The notes beneath the pieces were generated by a model. It did no database searches. It saw nothing but the letters and a program-made list of their open reading frames with translations, and was not told where the DNA came from. This document shows, in pieces, positions 27,660 to 36,891 of a DNA stretch of 41,092 nt. This stretch comes from an uncultured Ruminococcus sp. (lineage in GTDB: Bacteria > Bacillota > Clostridia > Oscillospirales > Ruminococcaceae): positions 1 through 41,092 of the forward strand of contig CACXDI010000148.1 of the NCBI GenBank assembly GCA_902766335.1, given 5' to 3'. The translations under genes and the position numbers were made by a program. Positions within the stretch are counted from its first letter, which is position 1. Each line of letters opens with the position of its first letter.

Positions 27660-29126
27660 TTACTTTCCGAGGAATGTGTAGGGCTCCTGTTCGAGCCACC
27701 ATTTTGTGTAGGGGTTCACCGAGTGCTGAGCGAGGTTCTTGACGAACTCATCGTTCTCGATAGTCTCAAGTATGCGCTCGCCGTAGTTGACGAGTCCCTC
27801 GTAGCCCATGCCGAAATGCTCGTCGCCCACCAGCAGCGAGGGTATGCCCAGCTTTGCGCCCCAGAGAGTCATGCCGCCGTGACGCGCAAGCAGAATGTCC
27901 GGCTTGATGCGGTTGAGCACGTTAACCAGCTCGAACTCCTGTTTGTTGCAGACGTTGTAGTTGGGGACGTCGCCGTAGTCCTCGACGGTGTGTCTGAGCG
28001 TGTCGGAGCGCTCGTCCTCGTTGTCATACTGCGGGTCATGATGGAATATCGCCGCACCCTGCGGCTCCATGCCAAGCTCCTTGAGCAGCGCAAGCAGCGA
28101 GTGACCGTGCGACGCACCCGCCGTAACGTAGGCGGTCTTGCCCTTCAGCTTCTCACGCAGCGCCTCGATCTTCGGCAGGTACTCCGCCTTCTTGCGGGCG
28201 AGAAATTCCTCGACTTCCTTTTCCTTGCCGAGTATCTGTCCCAGCTCTCTGAACCAGCGGTCAGTCTGGGCGATGCCGTAGGGGGGAGAATTGCGTATCT
28301 CCGGCACCCCGAAGGACTGCTCCAGCGCCGCGCCTAAGTAGCTGCCCAGCGTAGAGCAAGCCTGGATCGTCAGCGCCGCCTCGCTGGAATAGCTGAGGCT
28401 GTCAACTGTCGCGAAGGGGGTGATATAATTAGGCTCGTAGCCGAACTCCGCGAACCACTCGCGGAAAATATCGCTGCCCCAGAAGTTTATCACATTGATG
28501 ATGTTTCTCTTCTGCCTTGCGGGCTTGATGATCTTCCTTGCTATACCGTGATAGCCCGCGTCAAAGCCGGACGTCCACATCTTTGAGCGGAAGCCCTCGC
28601 AGAATACCGCCACAACGGGAATGCCCAGCTCCTTCTCAGCATTGTTGGTGACGCTCTCCACATCGTCGCCGATGATACCCGCAGCACAGGTGGTGATGAC
28701 GAATATCGCCTTAGGCTTTGCCCGCTTGTATACCTCGTGAATGGCAGCGTCGAGCTTTTTGCCGCCGCCGTAGATCGTATCCTTTTCCTCCAGATTGGTG
28801 GAGAATATCTTGCGCTGGGTGGGGTGCTCAAGCTGCCTTAAATAAGCGTTGACGCGGTATGTAAACGCGAACTCGTGCAGACAGGTGGAGCAGCCCACAG
28901 GACCGTGTGAAATGATCGCCGCGTCCTGAATAAGCGTCAGCGTGCAGGCGGCGTTTGAGGTGCCGCAGCCGAGACATTGGCTGAAAGACCTGCTCTTGTC
29001 TTTAAGCTTCCCGCAGCCGGAGCAGGCGCTCACCAGCTCCTTTGCCGTACCCTGAAACCCGGTAATGGAATTTAAGCGTATCTCGCGTATCTCCACCTCG
29101 GGTATATCCAGATTAACTTTACTCAT
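27660..29126 (-). CDS. Nitrogenase component 1 alpha-like subunit (group IV NflD/MarD-like)
   Basis: FSQCLGC, HGPVGC, STNLEEKDTIYGG, TTCAAGIIGDD, CEGFRSKMWTSGF, ACSTLG, GDEHFGMGYEG. Confidence 0.88.
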   Translation of the reverse strand: MSKVNLDIPEVEIREIRLNSITGFQGTAKELVSACSGCGKLKDKSRSFSQCLGCGTSNAACTLTLIQDAAIISHGPVGCSTCLHEFAFTYRVNAYLRQLEHPTQRKIFSTNLEEKDTIYGGGKKLDAAIHEVYKRAKPKAIFVITTCAAGIIGDDVESVTNNAEKELGIPVVAVFCEGFRSKMWTSGFDAGYHGIARKIIKPARQKRNIINVINFWGSDIFREWFAEFGYEPNYITPFATVDSLSYSSEAALTIQACSTLGSYLGAALEQSFGVPEIRNSPPYGIAQTDRWFRELGQILGKEKEVEEFLARKKAEYLPKIEALREKLKGKTAYVTAGASHGHSLLALLKELGMEPQGAAIFHHDPQYDNEDERSDTLRHTVEDYGDVPNYNVCNKQEFELVNVLNRIKPDILLARHGGMTLWGAKLGIPSLLVGDEHFGMGYEGLVNYGERILETIENDEFVKNLAQHSVNPYTKWWLEQEPYTFLGK

Positions 29127-29138
29127 GTCATTACTCCC

Positions 29139-30002
<864 letters not shown>

Positions 30003-30088
30003 TTACCTCACTTCATATTTACTGATATATCAAATACCATATGCGGTATTTTGACTGTATATACATATAATACATATTGTATTTTATA

Positions 30089-30970
30089 TCAACCGTGAGA
30101 GAACGTATCCTTTCTGGACAATCTCTGAAGGTCAATATATATCTGACTGCCGTAATCCTCGCCGCCGGGTATTCCCACAGCGTCCGCGCGGCACCGCTGA
30201 CAATGTCTGAACACGTCGATATATTTCGACGCCCGGAGTATCGCCCGCTCCAGCTCCATGCAGTCCGGCTCGCGGCTGTCCTTGAGCTTGGCGTTGGGTA
30301 TCAGCGGGATGATGTTGTAGATATCCGCACCCGCTTCCGCGACTGTCATCGCCACTTCCTCGATGTGATCGGCGTTGATGTCCGGCACCAGCACCGTGTT
30401 CACCTTGAGGGTTATGCCCGCCTCGCTTATGAGCCGTATGCCCTTGAGCTGCTGCTCTATCAGTATCTCTGCCGCTTCGACTCCCGTGTAGTGCTTGCCG
30501 TGCCACACGATACCGTCGTTGAGCTTCGCTTCTATCTCCGGGTCAACGGCATTCACCGTCACCGTCAGCGAATCAATGCCCACCTCGATGATCTCCTGCG
30601 CCTTCTCCGCAAGCAGCAGACCGTTGGTGCTCATGCACTTGACCAGCTGGGGAAATTCCTTCTTCACCAGCCGGAAGGTCTCCAGCGCGTAGGGACTCGC
30701 AAGCGTGTCTCCGGGGCCCGCGATACCAGCTACGTGTATCGCCGGACAGACCTCCAGTGCCCGCCGTATCGCTTCTATTGCTTCCTCGGGAGTGATGACC
30801 GTCGAGGTCACGCCGGGACGCTTTTCGTAGGTATTGAAGCTGCGCTCGCAGAAGCGGCACTGTATGTTGCAGGTGGGACTGATAGGCAGGTGCATACGTC
30901 CGTTCCCGCTGTTTGGTCCTTTGGCAAAGCAAGGGTGCTTTGTAGTCAGTTCTTCGTATGAGATCGCCAT
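30089..30970 (-). CDS. nifB: Radical SAM carbide-insertase NifB (stand-alone SAM domain; MarB-like)
   Basis: All NifB fingerprints: HPC, CNIQCRFC, EKRP, AGPG, TVTVN, CQRCRADA. Confidence 0.92.
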   Translation of the reverse strand: MAISYEELTTKHPCFAKGPNSGNGRMHLPISPTCNIQCRFCERSFNTYEKRPGVTSTVITPEEAIEAIRRALEVCPAIHVAGIAGPGDTLASPYALETFRLVKKEFPQLVKCMSTNGLLLAEKAQEIIEVGIDSLTVTVNAVDPEIEAKLNDGIVWHGKHYTGVEAAEILIEQQLKGIRLISEAGITLKVNTVLVPDINADHIEEVAMTVAEAGADIYNIIPLIPNAKLKDSREPDCMELERAILRASKYIDVFRHCQRCRADAVGIPGGEDYGSQIYIDLQRLSRKDTFSHG

Positions 30971-31317
30971 TTGTCACCCTCCCATTGTTTTTCTTCCATA
31001 AGCAGACACAGCGCCTGCTCGATAGTCAGCGGTATCTGATATACCCTGATACCCTGCTCCTCGATGTATTTCTTCGCGCCGGGGCCCGCCCTCTGCGCGA
31101 CTACGGCGCTGACGTCCGAGAGTATCCTTGCTGCTGCCTCAAAGTCCGATACCTCGTGGCTGCCGCCGTGACACGGCGGCTTCACCAGACGGTATCCGAT
31201 CAGCTCGCAGTCCTCCTTTTCGGTGTCCAGCAGCGCGATGTAGAACCGCTCCGCCTGCCCGAAATGCCTGTCGATATTCTCGCCGTCGCTGCTTGCAAAT
31301 GCTATCCTGTAGATCAT
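30946..31317 (-). CDS. NifX/NifB-C-terminal family protein
   Basis: IAFASSDG..IDRHFGQAERF, PPCHGG, AGPGA; overlaps the nifB start. Confidence 0.88.
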   Translation of the reverse strand: MIYRIAFASSDGENIDRHFGQAERFYIALLDTEKEDCELIGYRLVKPPCHGGSHEVSDFEAAARILSDVSAVVAQRAGPGAKKYIEEQGIRVYQIPLTIEQALCLLMEEKQWEGDKWRSHTKN

Positions 31318-31341
31318 ACTTTTCCTTTTTTGTCGCGATAC

Positions 31342-32250
31342 TCAGCCGAAAAGTCCCGTGCTGAAATATCTGTCGCCTCTGTCGGGGAACACCACGACGA
31401 TGACTCCCTTGTCGAGTCGGCTTGCCAGCTTTATCGCCGCCGCCATAGCCGCTCCCGAGGAGGAGCCTGCGATTATGCCTTCATTTTTCGCAAGCTGTCC
31501 CACCGCCGCAAAAGCCTCGTTGTCGTTTATTTTCACTACCTCGTCCACCAGACCGATGTCCATGGTGTCGGGTATAAAGTCGTTGCCGATACCCTCGATG
31601 TTGTAGTCGAAGTGTTCGCCGCCGCCTATGGTGGAGCCTTCGGGGTCTGCAAGCACGCCCCTGATGTCCGGGTCATGCTCTTTAAGGTACCGGGCTATGC
31701 CGGTGTAGGTGCCGCCGCTGCCCGCTCCCGCGATGAAGTGGGTCACCCTGCCGCCGATGTCCTCCCAGATCTCTTTGCCGGTAGTCTCGTAGTGAGCCAG
31801 CGGATTGTTGGGATTCTTGAACTGCTCCAGAGATATTGAATCGGGTATCTGAGCTTTAAGCTCATCAGCCTTGCGCACCGCCCCCAGCATACCCTCCGCA
31901 CGGGGAGTGTTGATGACCTCCGCGCCCAGCGCACGCATGAGCGCCTGCTTTTCTGCGGAGAATTTAGTCGGGACGGTGAAGATCACCCTGTAGCCTTTGC
32001 CAAGTGCCGCGAATGCGATTCCCAGTCCCGTGTTGCCGGCGGTAGCCTCGATGATCGTGCTGCCCGGCTTTAATCTGCCCTCGCGCTCGGCGGCGGCGAT
32101 CATGTACTCGCCGATCCTGTCCTTGACGCTGCCCGAGGGGTTATACATTTCAAGCTTTGCATATATCTGTACTTCGGGGGAGACCCCCATATTGTTCAGC
32201 CTCACCAGCGGTGTGTGACCTATAAGTTCATGCATATTCTCGTATATCAT
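31342..32250 (-). CDS. mccA: O-acetylserine-dependent cystathionine beta-synthase (MccA/YrhA-like) or cysteine synthase
   Basis: NPSGSVKDR (PLP Lys), ATAGNTG (MccA-type rather than CysK TSGNTG), GSGGT, IEGIG; paired with a cystathionine lyase. Confidence 0.75.
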   Translation of the reverse strand: MIYENMHELIGHTPLVRLNNMGVSPEVQIYAKLEMYNPSGSVKDRIGEYMIAAAEREGRLKPGSTIIEATAGNTGLGIAFAALGKGYRVIFTVPTKFSAEKQALMRALGAEVINTPRAEGMLGAVRKADELKAQIPDSISLEQFKNPNNPLAHYETTGKEIWEDIGGRVTHFIAGAGSGGTYTGIARYLKEHDPDIRGVLADPEGSTIGGGEHFDYNIEGIGNDFIPDTMDIGLVDEVVKINDNEAFAAVGQLAKNEGIIAGSSSGAAMAAAIKLASRLDKGVIVVVFPDRGDRYFSTGLFG

Positions 32251-32251
32251 T

Positions 32252-33409
32252 TTATTTTACCTCACTTGCCTTGATAGCGTTGTCAAGGTCTTCAAGAATG
32301 TCGTCTATATCCTCGATACCTATAGAAAGTCTTATCAGCCCGTCGGTGATACCCACCTTTTTGCGTATCTCCTCCGGGATAGAAGCGTGCGTCATGCTCG
32401 AGGGGTGGCATACCAGCGACTCCACGCCGCCCAGGCTCTCTGCAAGCGTTATCAGCTTAAGGCTCTCAAAGAACACCTTGATGTCGTAGTTGTCCTTGAG
32501 TTCAAAGGAGATCATCACGCCGCCGTTTTTAGCCTGCCGCCTGTTGACCTCGTAGCCCTTGTCGCTCTTGAGCCCCGGATAGTGTACGCTCTTGACCGCG
32601 TTGTGCTCTTTCAGGAACTTCGCCGCCGCCAGCGCGTTTGATACGTGCCTGTCGAGTCTCACGCCCAGCGTCTTGATACCGCGTATCAGCAGGAAGCTGT
32701 CGAAGGGCGGGAGCACTCCGCCGGTGGAGTTCTGTATGAAGGCTATCTGCTCCGCAAGCTCCTTTGTCTTGACCACCGCAAGCCCTGCCACAACATCACT
32801 GTGACCGCCCAGATACTTGGTGGCGCTGTGGATAACGATGTCAGCACCCAGCTCCAGAGGTCTTTGCAAATAGGGCGTCATAAAGGTGTTGTCAACTATC
32901 ACCAGCAGCCCGTGCCTGTGAGCGATCTCCGCTGCGGCGCGTATGTCCGTGACCGTCATCAGCGGATTTGCCGGGCTTTCTATCAGCACCGCCTTGACGT
33001 CGGATGTGATATCCTTCTCAAAGGCTTCCGCATCGTCGGTCTCGGAAATGGTGTAGTTTATCCCGAAATGGTCAAACACCTGATTCAGAAGCCTGAACGT
33101 CCCGCCGTATACATTAGAGGAGATCAGCACTCTGTCCCCCGAATGGAGCAGGCTCAGCACTGCCGTTTCCGCCGCCAGACCGCTTGCAAAGGCAAATCCC
33201 GCATAGCCGCCCTCCAGCTCGGCGATCAGCGCTTCCAGCGCTTCGCGGGTGGGATTGCCGGTGCGGGAGTACTCATACCCCCTCAGCTTTCCCAGACCGT
33301 CCTGCTTGAAGGTGGAGGTCTGATAGATAGGTACGTTCACCGCACCCGTTCTCTCGTCGATCGAGATACCGCCGTGTATCAGAGCGGTGTCTATTTTCCT
33401 GTAGCTCAT
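32252..33409 (-). CDS. mccB: Cystathionine gamma-lyase/synthase (MccB/YrhB-like)
   Basis: YEYSRTGNPTR, ESPANP, DNTF, SATKYLGGHSD, AESLGGVESL, MTHAS. Confidence 0.75.
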   Translation of the reverse strand: MSYRKIDTALIHGGISIDERTGAVNVPIYQTSTFKQDGLGKLRGYEYSRTGNPTREALEALIAELEGGYAGFAFASGLAAETAVLSLLHSGDRVLISSNVYGGTFRLLNQVFDHFGINYTISETDDAEAFEKDITSDVKAVLIESPANPLMTVTDIRAAAEIAHRHGLLVIVDNTFMTPYLQRPLELGADIVIHSATKYLGGHSDVVAGLAVVKTKELAEQIAFIQNSTGGVLPPFDSFLLIRGIKTLGVRLDRHVSNALAAAKFLKEHNAVKSVHYPGLKSDKGYEVNRRQAKNGGVMISFELKDNYDIKVFFESLKLITLAESLGGVESLVCHPSSMTHASIPEEIRKKVGITDGLIRLSIGIEDIDDILEDLDNAIKASEVK

Positions 33410-33434
33410 TTCTTTCTCATCCTTTCATATTTTT

Positions 33435-33485
33435 CCTATGTGCTTGGTATGAATTAATAATACAACAAAAAACTCTCTGTGTCAA
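33435..33485 (-). promoter_or_regulatory. SigmaA promoter of the mcc/nif-like operon with downstream CMTA-N9-TAKG box
   Basis: TTGACA (33480-33485)-17 bp-TATTAT (33457-33462); cctatgtgcttggtatg at 33435-33451. Confidence 0.78.
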
Positions 33486-33494
33486 GAGGAAAAT

Positions 33495-33510
33495 GTGATA
33501 ACGTTATCAC
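33495..33510. promoter_or_regulatory. Perfect LacI-type palindromic operator
   Basis: gtgataacgttatcac, 16-bp perfect palindrome with central CG. Confidence 0.8.
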
Positions 33511-33518
33511 GGTCAGAT

Positions 33519-34592
33519 TCAGATATAATACTCCGGCTCGTTCAGCTCCCTGAAGGGGTGACAGCTTTCGCGTATCACCAGCGTGCCTTCCACCTCAAGC
33601 CGGGACACTATCCTGTGCCCGCCCTTTATCCTGTCCAGCAGCAGCATGAGCGCGAACCGCACCATTTCGTTCTTCGGCAGGGAAATGGTGGTCAGCATGG
33701 GCTTGGTGTACTGGGCGGCGTCAATGTCGTCGCTGGATATCACGGAAGGCATATACCCTCTCTGCCGGCGCTTGCTCATCGCCCCCAGCATACCCACCGC
33801 CAGGATATCGTTCGCACAGTATATACCGGTGGGCGGTTCTTCCAGCGCACTGAAATACTCCATAGCCGCGATACCGCCCGCTTCATTCGGCAGCGTGTCG
33901 AAGATGTGGTCTATGTCCGGCGATATGTGATTGGCAGCCAGCGCCGCCTGATAACCCGCAAACCGCGATTCGTTATGACAGTCACCCACATACCCTATCC
34001 TTGTGTGACCCAGCTTTGCGAGATACTCCACCGCCGTCTGGGCTATCCTGCTGCCGTCGCAGAGCACCTCGTCAGCCTCGTAGTTGGTGGAGTTGCGGTT
34101 TATGGAAACGATGTTCTTCTCCTTCGCTTTAAGCAGCCTGAGTGCCTTGCCCGTCACCTTTCCGATGATGATGAGCCCGTCCGAGCGTGCTCCCGGCGAA
34201 GGATACAGCTCCTCCACCAGCTTTTGCAGCCTGTCGGTGCGGCTGAGCTTTTCGTCCGAAAACTCGGCGTTGTGCCATACGTGCCCCACGATACAGCCCC
34301 TGTCCCGGAGCTCCTTTTCCAGTATCATCAGCAGCTCGTCATAAAACGGATCGGCAGTCTCGTGAGCGTATCTCGTAAGCAGGATATCCACACGGTATAT
34401 CCGCTCCTCGCTCCTGCCGCCCGCCCTCAGCGAGCGTGCGCTTGCGTTGGGTATGTAGTTTATCTCACGTGCCGCCCCCAGCACCCGCTTTTTCACGTCC
34501 TCGCTGGAGCATTTGTGGTTGGGGTCTGAAAGTATCCTGCCCACCGTGGACACCGATACCCCGGTCATTTCGGAAATTCTCTTTAAAGACAC
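33519..34592 (-). CDS. LacI-family transcriptional regulator
   Basis: SLKRISEMTGVSVSTVGRIL HTH, YIPNASARSL hinge, LGHTRIG, NDILAVG, PMLTTI; GTG at 34592 behind aaaggcgg (alternative ATG at 34619). Confidence 0.92.
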   Translation of the reverse strand: MSLKRISEMTGVSVSTVGRILSDPNHKCSSEDVKKRVLGAAREINYIPNASARSLRAGGRSEERIYRVDILLTRYAHETADPFYDELLMILEKELRDRGCIVGHVWHNAEFSDEKLSRTDRLQKLVEELYPSPGARSDGLIIIGKVTGKALRLLKAKEKNIVSINRNSTNYEADEVLCDGSRIAQTAVEYLAKLGHTRIGYVGDCHNESRFAGYQAALAANHISPDIDHIFDTLPNEAGGIAAMEYFSALEEPPTGIYCANDILAVGMLGAMSKRRQRGYMPSVISSDDIDAAQYTKPMLTTISLPKNEMVRFALMLLLDRIKGGHRIVSRLEVEGTLVIRESCHPFRELNEPEYYI

Positions 34593-34616
34593 AAAATTAC
34601 CGCCTTTCCGATTATT

Positions 34617-34663
34617 CATATCAATTTAATATGAATTATATCAGATAGACGGTAAATTGTCAA
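34617..34663 (-). promoter_or_regulatory. Consensus sigmaA promoter of the LacI gene with CATA-N9-TATG box
   Basis: TTGACA (34658-34663)-17 bp-TATAAT (34635-34640); catatcaatttaatatg at 34617-34633. Confidence 0.78.
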
Positions 34664-34720
34664 TAGTCAAATTGTTAATTTTTTTAGAGCATTTCCGTGA
34701 AGCCTGGGCGCGGTGCTGCC

Positions 34721-36010
34721 TCAGATAAGTCCCGCTGCCTTGAACGCCTGCTCTAAGTCTGCGATAAGATCCTCCGCGTCCTCAAGACCGGCAGAAATGC
34801 GTATCAGGTTCTTCGGGATATCCGCAAGCACGAACTCCTCCTCGTTGAGCTCGCTGTGGGTGGTGTTGGGAGAGTCAACGATAAGCGATCTTGCGTCGCC
34901 GAGATTTACGTGATAGTTGAACAGCGTGATGTTGTTTAAGAACGTCGCCTCCTGCTCGGGAGTGCCCTTGATACCGAAGGCGAGCACTCCGCCGCCGCCG
35001 TTGGGCAGATTTTTCTCGGCGAGCGCCTTGAATTTGTAATCCTTAGCGCTGGGGTGGCGTACCCATTCTACAGCCGGGCTGCTCTCCAGATATGCCACGA
35101 TCTTCTCGGCGTTTTTCGACTGCTTGGCAACGCGCTCCGAGAGCGTCTCCAGACCGATTATCCCGAGATAAGCGTCCTGAGGAGAGAGCGCCGCACCCAG
35201 CAGATTCAGATACACCAGCGTCAGACGGAAGATAAAGAAATTGTCCGCAAATATGTCCGCGGGAGCCTTGCCCTTGAGCATAACTATCGGCTCAAAGAAC
35301 TGGGGATAGCGCTCCTTTGTGTAAAGGCTCATGTCGCCGTTGTCCAGCACAAGACCTGCGATGATATTTCCGTGACCGGTCAGCGCCTTCGTTGCCGAGT
35401 ATACCACGATGTCCGCACCGTGCTCCAGAGGTCTGTAGAGGTAAGGCGTCGCAAGAGTGTTGTCAACTACCACCGGCACGCCGTGCTTGTGAGCCACCTC
35501 AGAGATAGCGTCGATGTCCAGCAGGTAAGCGTTGGGATTGCTGATAGACTCAACATAGACCGCCTTGACGTCGTCGGTGAGCTCTGCTTCCAGCTTTGCG
35601 GGGTCAAGCACCGCGTCGGTGAGCTTGATCTTTATTCCCAGCTCCGGGAAAAGCCTGTCGAAGGCGTCTATCGAACCGCCGTAGAGGAAGGGAGAAGCAA
35701 GTATCGTGCCGCCCTTTGAAGCGAGGTTCAGCAGAGTGTAGGTGATAGCCGCCATGCCGGAGCCTACCGCTACAGCGTTCTTAGCACCGTCCAGAGCCTT
35801 CACCCGCTCGGCAAAATATGTCACCGTGGGATTGCCGACTCTTGTGTAAAGGTAGCCGGCTTCCTTGTAGGTAAAGAGATTCTGCGCGTGCTCCGTGTCT
35901 CTGAAATCGTATGCCGTTGTCTGATAGATAGGCGGGAGCACCGAGAGATTGTTGTCCTTGGGATCGTAGCCCGCTCTTATCTTTCTTGTGTCAAAATTCA
36001 GTTCTGCCAT
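34721..36010 (-). CDS. metY: O-acetylhomoserine aminocarboxypropyltransferase (sulfhydrylase)
   Basis: PIYQTTAY, YTRVGNPT, VDNTLATP, SATKALTGHG, GLETLSER, VNLGDARSL; start at 36010 behind aaagga. Confidence 0.9.
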   Translation of the reverse strand: MAELNFDTRKIRAGYDPKDNNLSVLPPIYQTTAYDFRDTEHAQNLFTYKEAGYLYTRVGNPTVTYFAERVKALDGAKNAVAVGSGMAAITYTLLNLASKGGTILASPFLYGGSIDAFDRLFPELGIKIKLTDAVLDPAKLEAELTDDVKAVYVESISNPNAYLLDIDAISEVAHKHGVPVVVDNTLATPYLYRPLEHGADIVVYSATKALTGHGNIIAGLVLDNGDMSLYTKERYPQFFEPIVMLKGKAPADIFADNFFIFRLTLVYLNLLGAALSPQDAYLGIIGLETLSERVAKQSKNAEKIVAYLESSPAVEWVRHPSAKDYKFKALAEKNLPNGGGGVLAFGIKGTPEQEATFLNNITLFNYHVNLGDARSLIVDSPNTTHSELNEEEFVLADIPKNLIRISAGLEDAEDLIADLEQAFKAAGLI

Positions 36011-36053
36011 TGTGACCATTCCTTTCGTGATGTGGTTTGCTTTCGATGTTTTG

Positions 36054-36082
36054 AGTTTACCGCAAAATCTCCGAAAGGTCAA
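36054..36082 (-). promoter_or_regulatory. SigmaA promoter of metY
   Basis: TTGACC (36077-36082)-17 bp-TAAACT (36054-36059). Confidence 0.65.
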
Positions 36083-36091
36083 GCACAAAGC

Positions 36092-36302
36092 GTGACAACG
36101 TTGCCGCAAGGCTCTTTTTATACCCCGCCGGTTCTCTGATAAACCTGCTTTATACCCCATCCGGACAGGCTGGGAAGGGGAGCGGTACTGCAATTTGTGA
36201 TAACGATACCGCCGTGTAAATACGCGGTCTGTGACGAGTTTCTTATGTCTGCCCGGCGGGATATTTTAAACCTGCGGCGGCACATCAGGATAACGTTATC
36301 AC
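36092..36302. promoter_or_regulatory. Three LacI-type operator copies upstream of metY
   Basis: gtgacaacgttgccgc 36092-36107, gtgataacgataccgc 36197-36212, aggataacgttatcac 36287-36302. Confidence 0.72.
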
Positions 36303-36450
36303 AAATCCCGCTGCCGATAAATCCAGGTTATATTCCTTTATAAATATAGTTTATCGGTGTTGAGCTTTTCCGCCCCATTTCATAAGCAGCGGCAAAAGCG
36401 TCGGAACACAAGGGCGTTTTTCGGCAATATGTTGAAATTTGTAAATTAAT

Positions 36451-36479
36451 TTGACATATTACTAAAAATATGTTATACT
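36451..36479 (+). promoter_or_regulatory. SigmaA promoter upstream of the LRR remnant
   Basis: TTGACA (36451-36456)-17 bp-TATACT (36474-36479), with TG extension. Confidence 0.75.
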
Positions 36480-36501
36480 ATCATTACGAAATTGTATATA
36501 A

Positions 36502-36804
36502 GGAGAACTTTCCGACGGCACAGCAGAGATCACGGGCTGCAAGGGTTCCTCCGCAAGTCTGTCTATCCCCGAAAAGCTCGACGGGAAAACCGTATCGCGC
36601 ATCGGCGCTTATACATTCTATAAGTGTACGAGCCTTACTGACGTAAAGCTCCCCAGCGGCTTAAAGACCCTTGACGATTACGTATTCTACGGATGCAGCG
36701 CTATAAAGACCATAACGATACCCGACAGCGTTACAAGCATGGGCGGCATGATCTACGTGTCGCGTCTTGCGGAGCTGCGGCGGCAGGCTTGCTTATTATT
36801 GTAA
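36502..36804 (+). pseudogene. Fragment of a BspA-type leucine-rich-repeat surface protein, no start codon
   Basis: Open frame reads SDGTAEITGCKG..LSIPEKLDGKTVSRIGAYTFYKCTSLTDVKLPSGLKTLDDYVFYGCSAIKTITIPDSVTSMG; in-frame TAA at 36499-36501 upstream; absent from the ORF track. Confidence 0.8.
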
Positions 36805-36891
36805 TGACCATATAGCCGCTTGGCGTCTGACGCACCTGCGGCGGATATATCACCGTGACATTGACCGTCACGTAACTGAGAGGGATAAGCT

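Noticed and set aside
27039-28337. Long plus-strand ORF (432 aa) and similar antisense ORFs such as 83-919, 30077-30961, 33495-34529 and 39310-40206
   Set aside because: They lie opposite well-supported genes and show no recognisable motifs; they are typical shadow frames of GC3-rich coding DNA.
36011-36193. N-terminal extensions given by the ORF track for metY (also metQ, sufD, sufS, XRE and the last ABC ATPase)
   Set aside because: Downstream starts have clear RBSs and match the family N-termini; for metY and XRE the extension overlaps the predicted promoter.
36011-36420. SAM-I (S-box) or T-box riboswitch upstream of metY (and of metN)
   Set aside because: No recognisable conserved riboswitch core by eye, and the predicted promoters leave leaders of only about 40 nt. 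An Infernal/Rfam scan would settle it.
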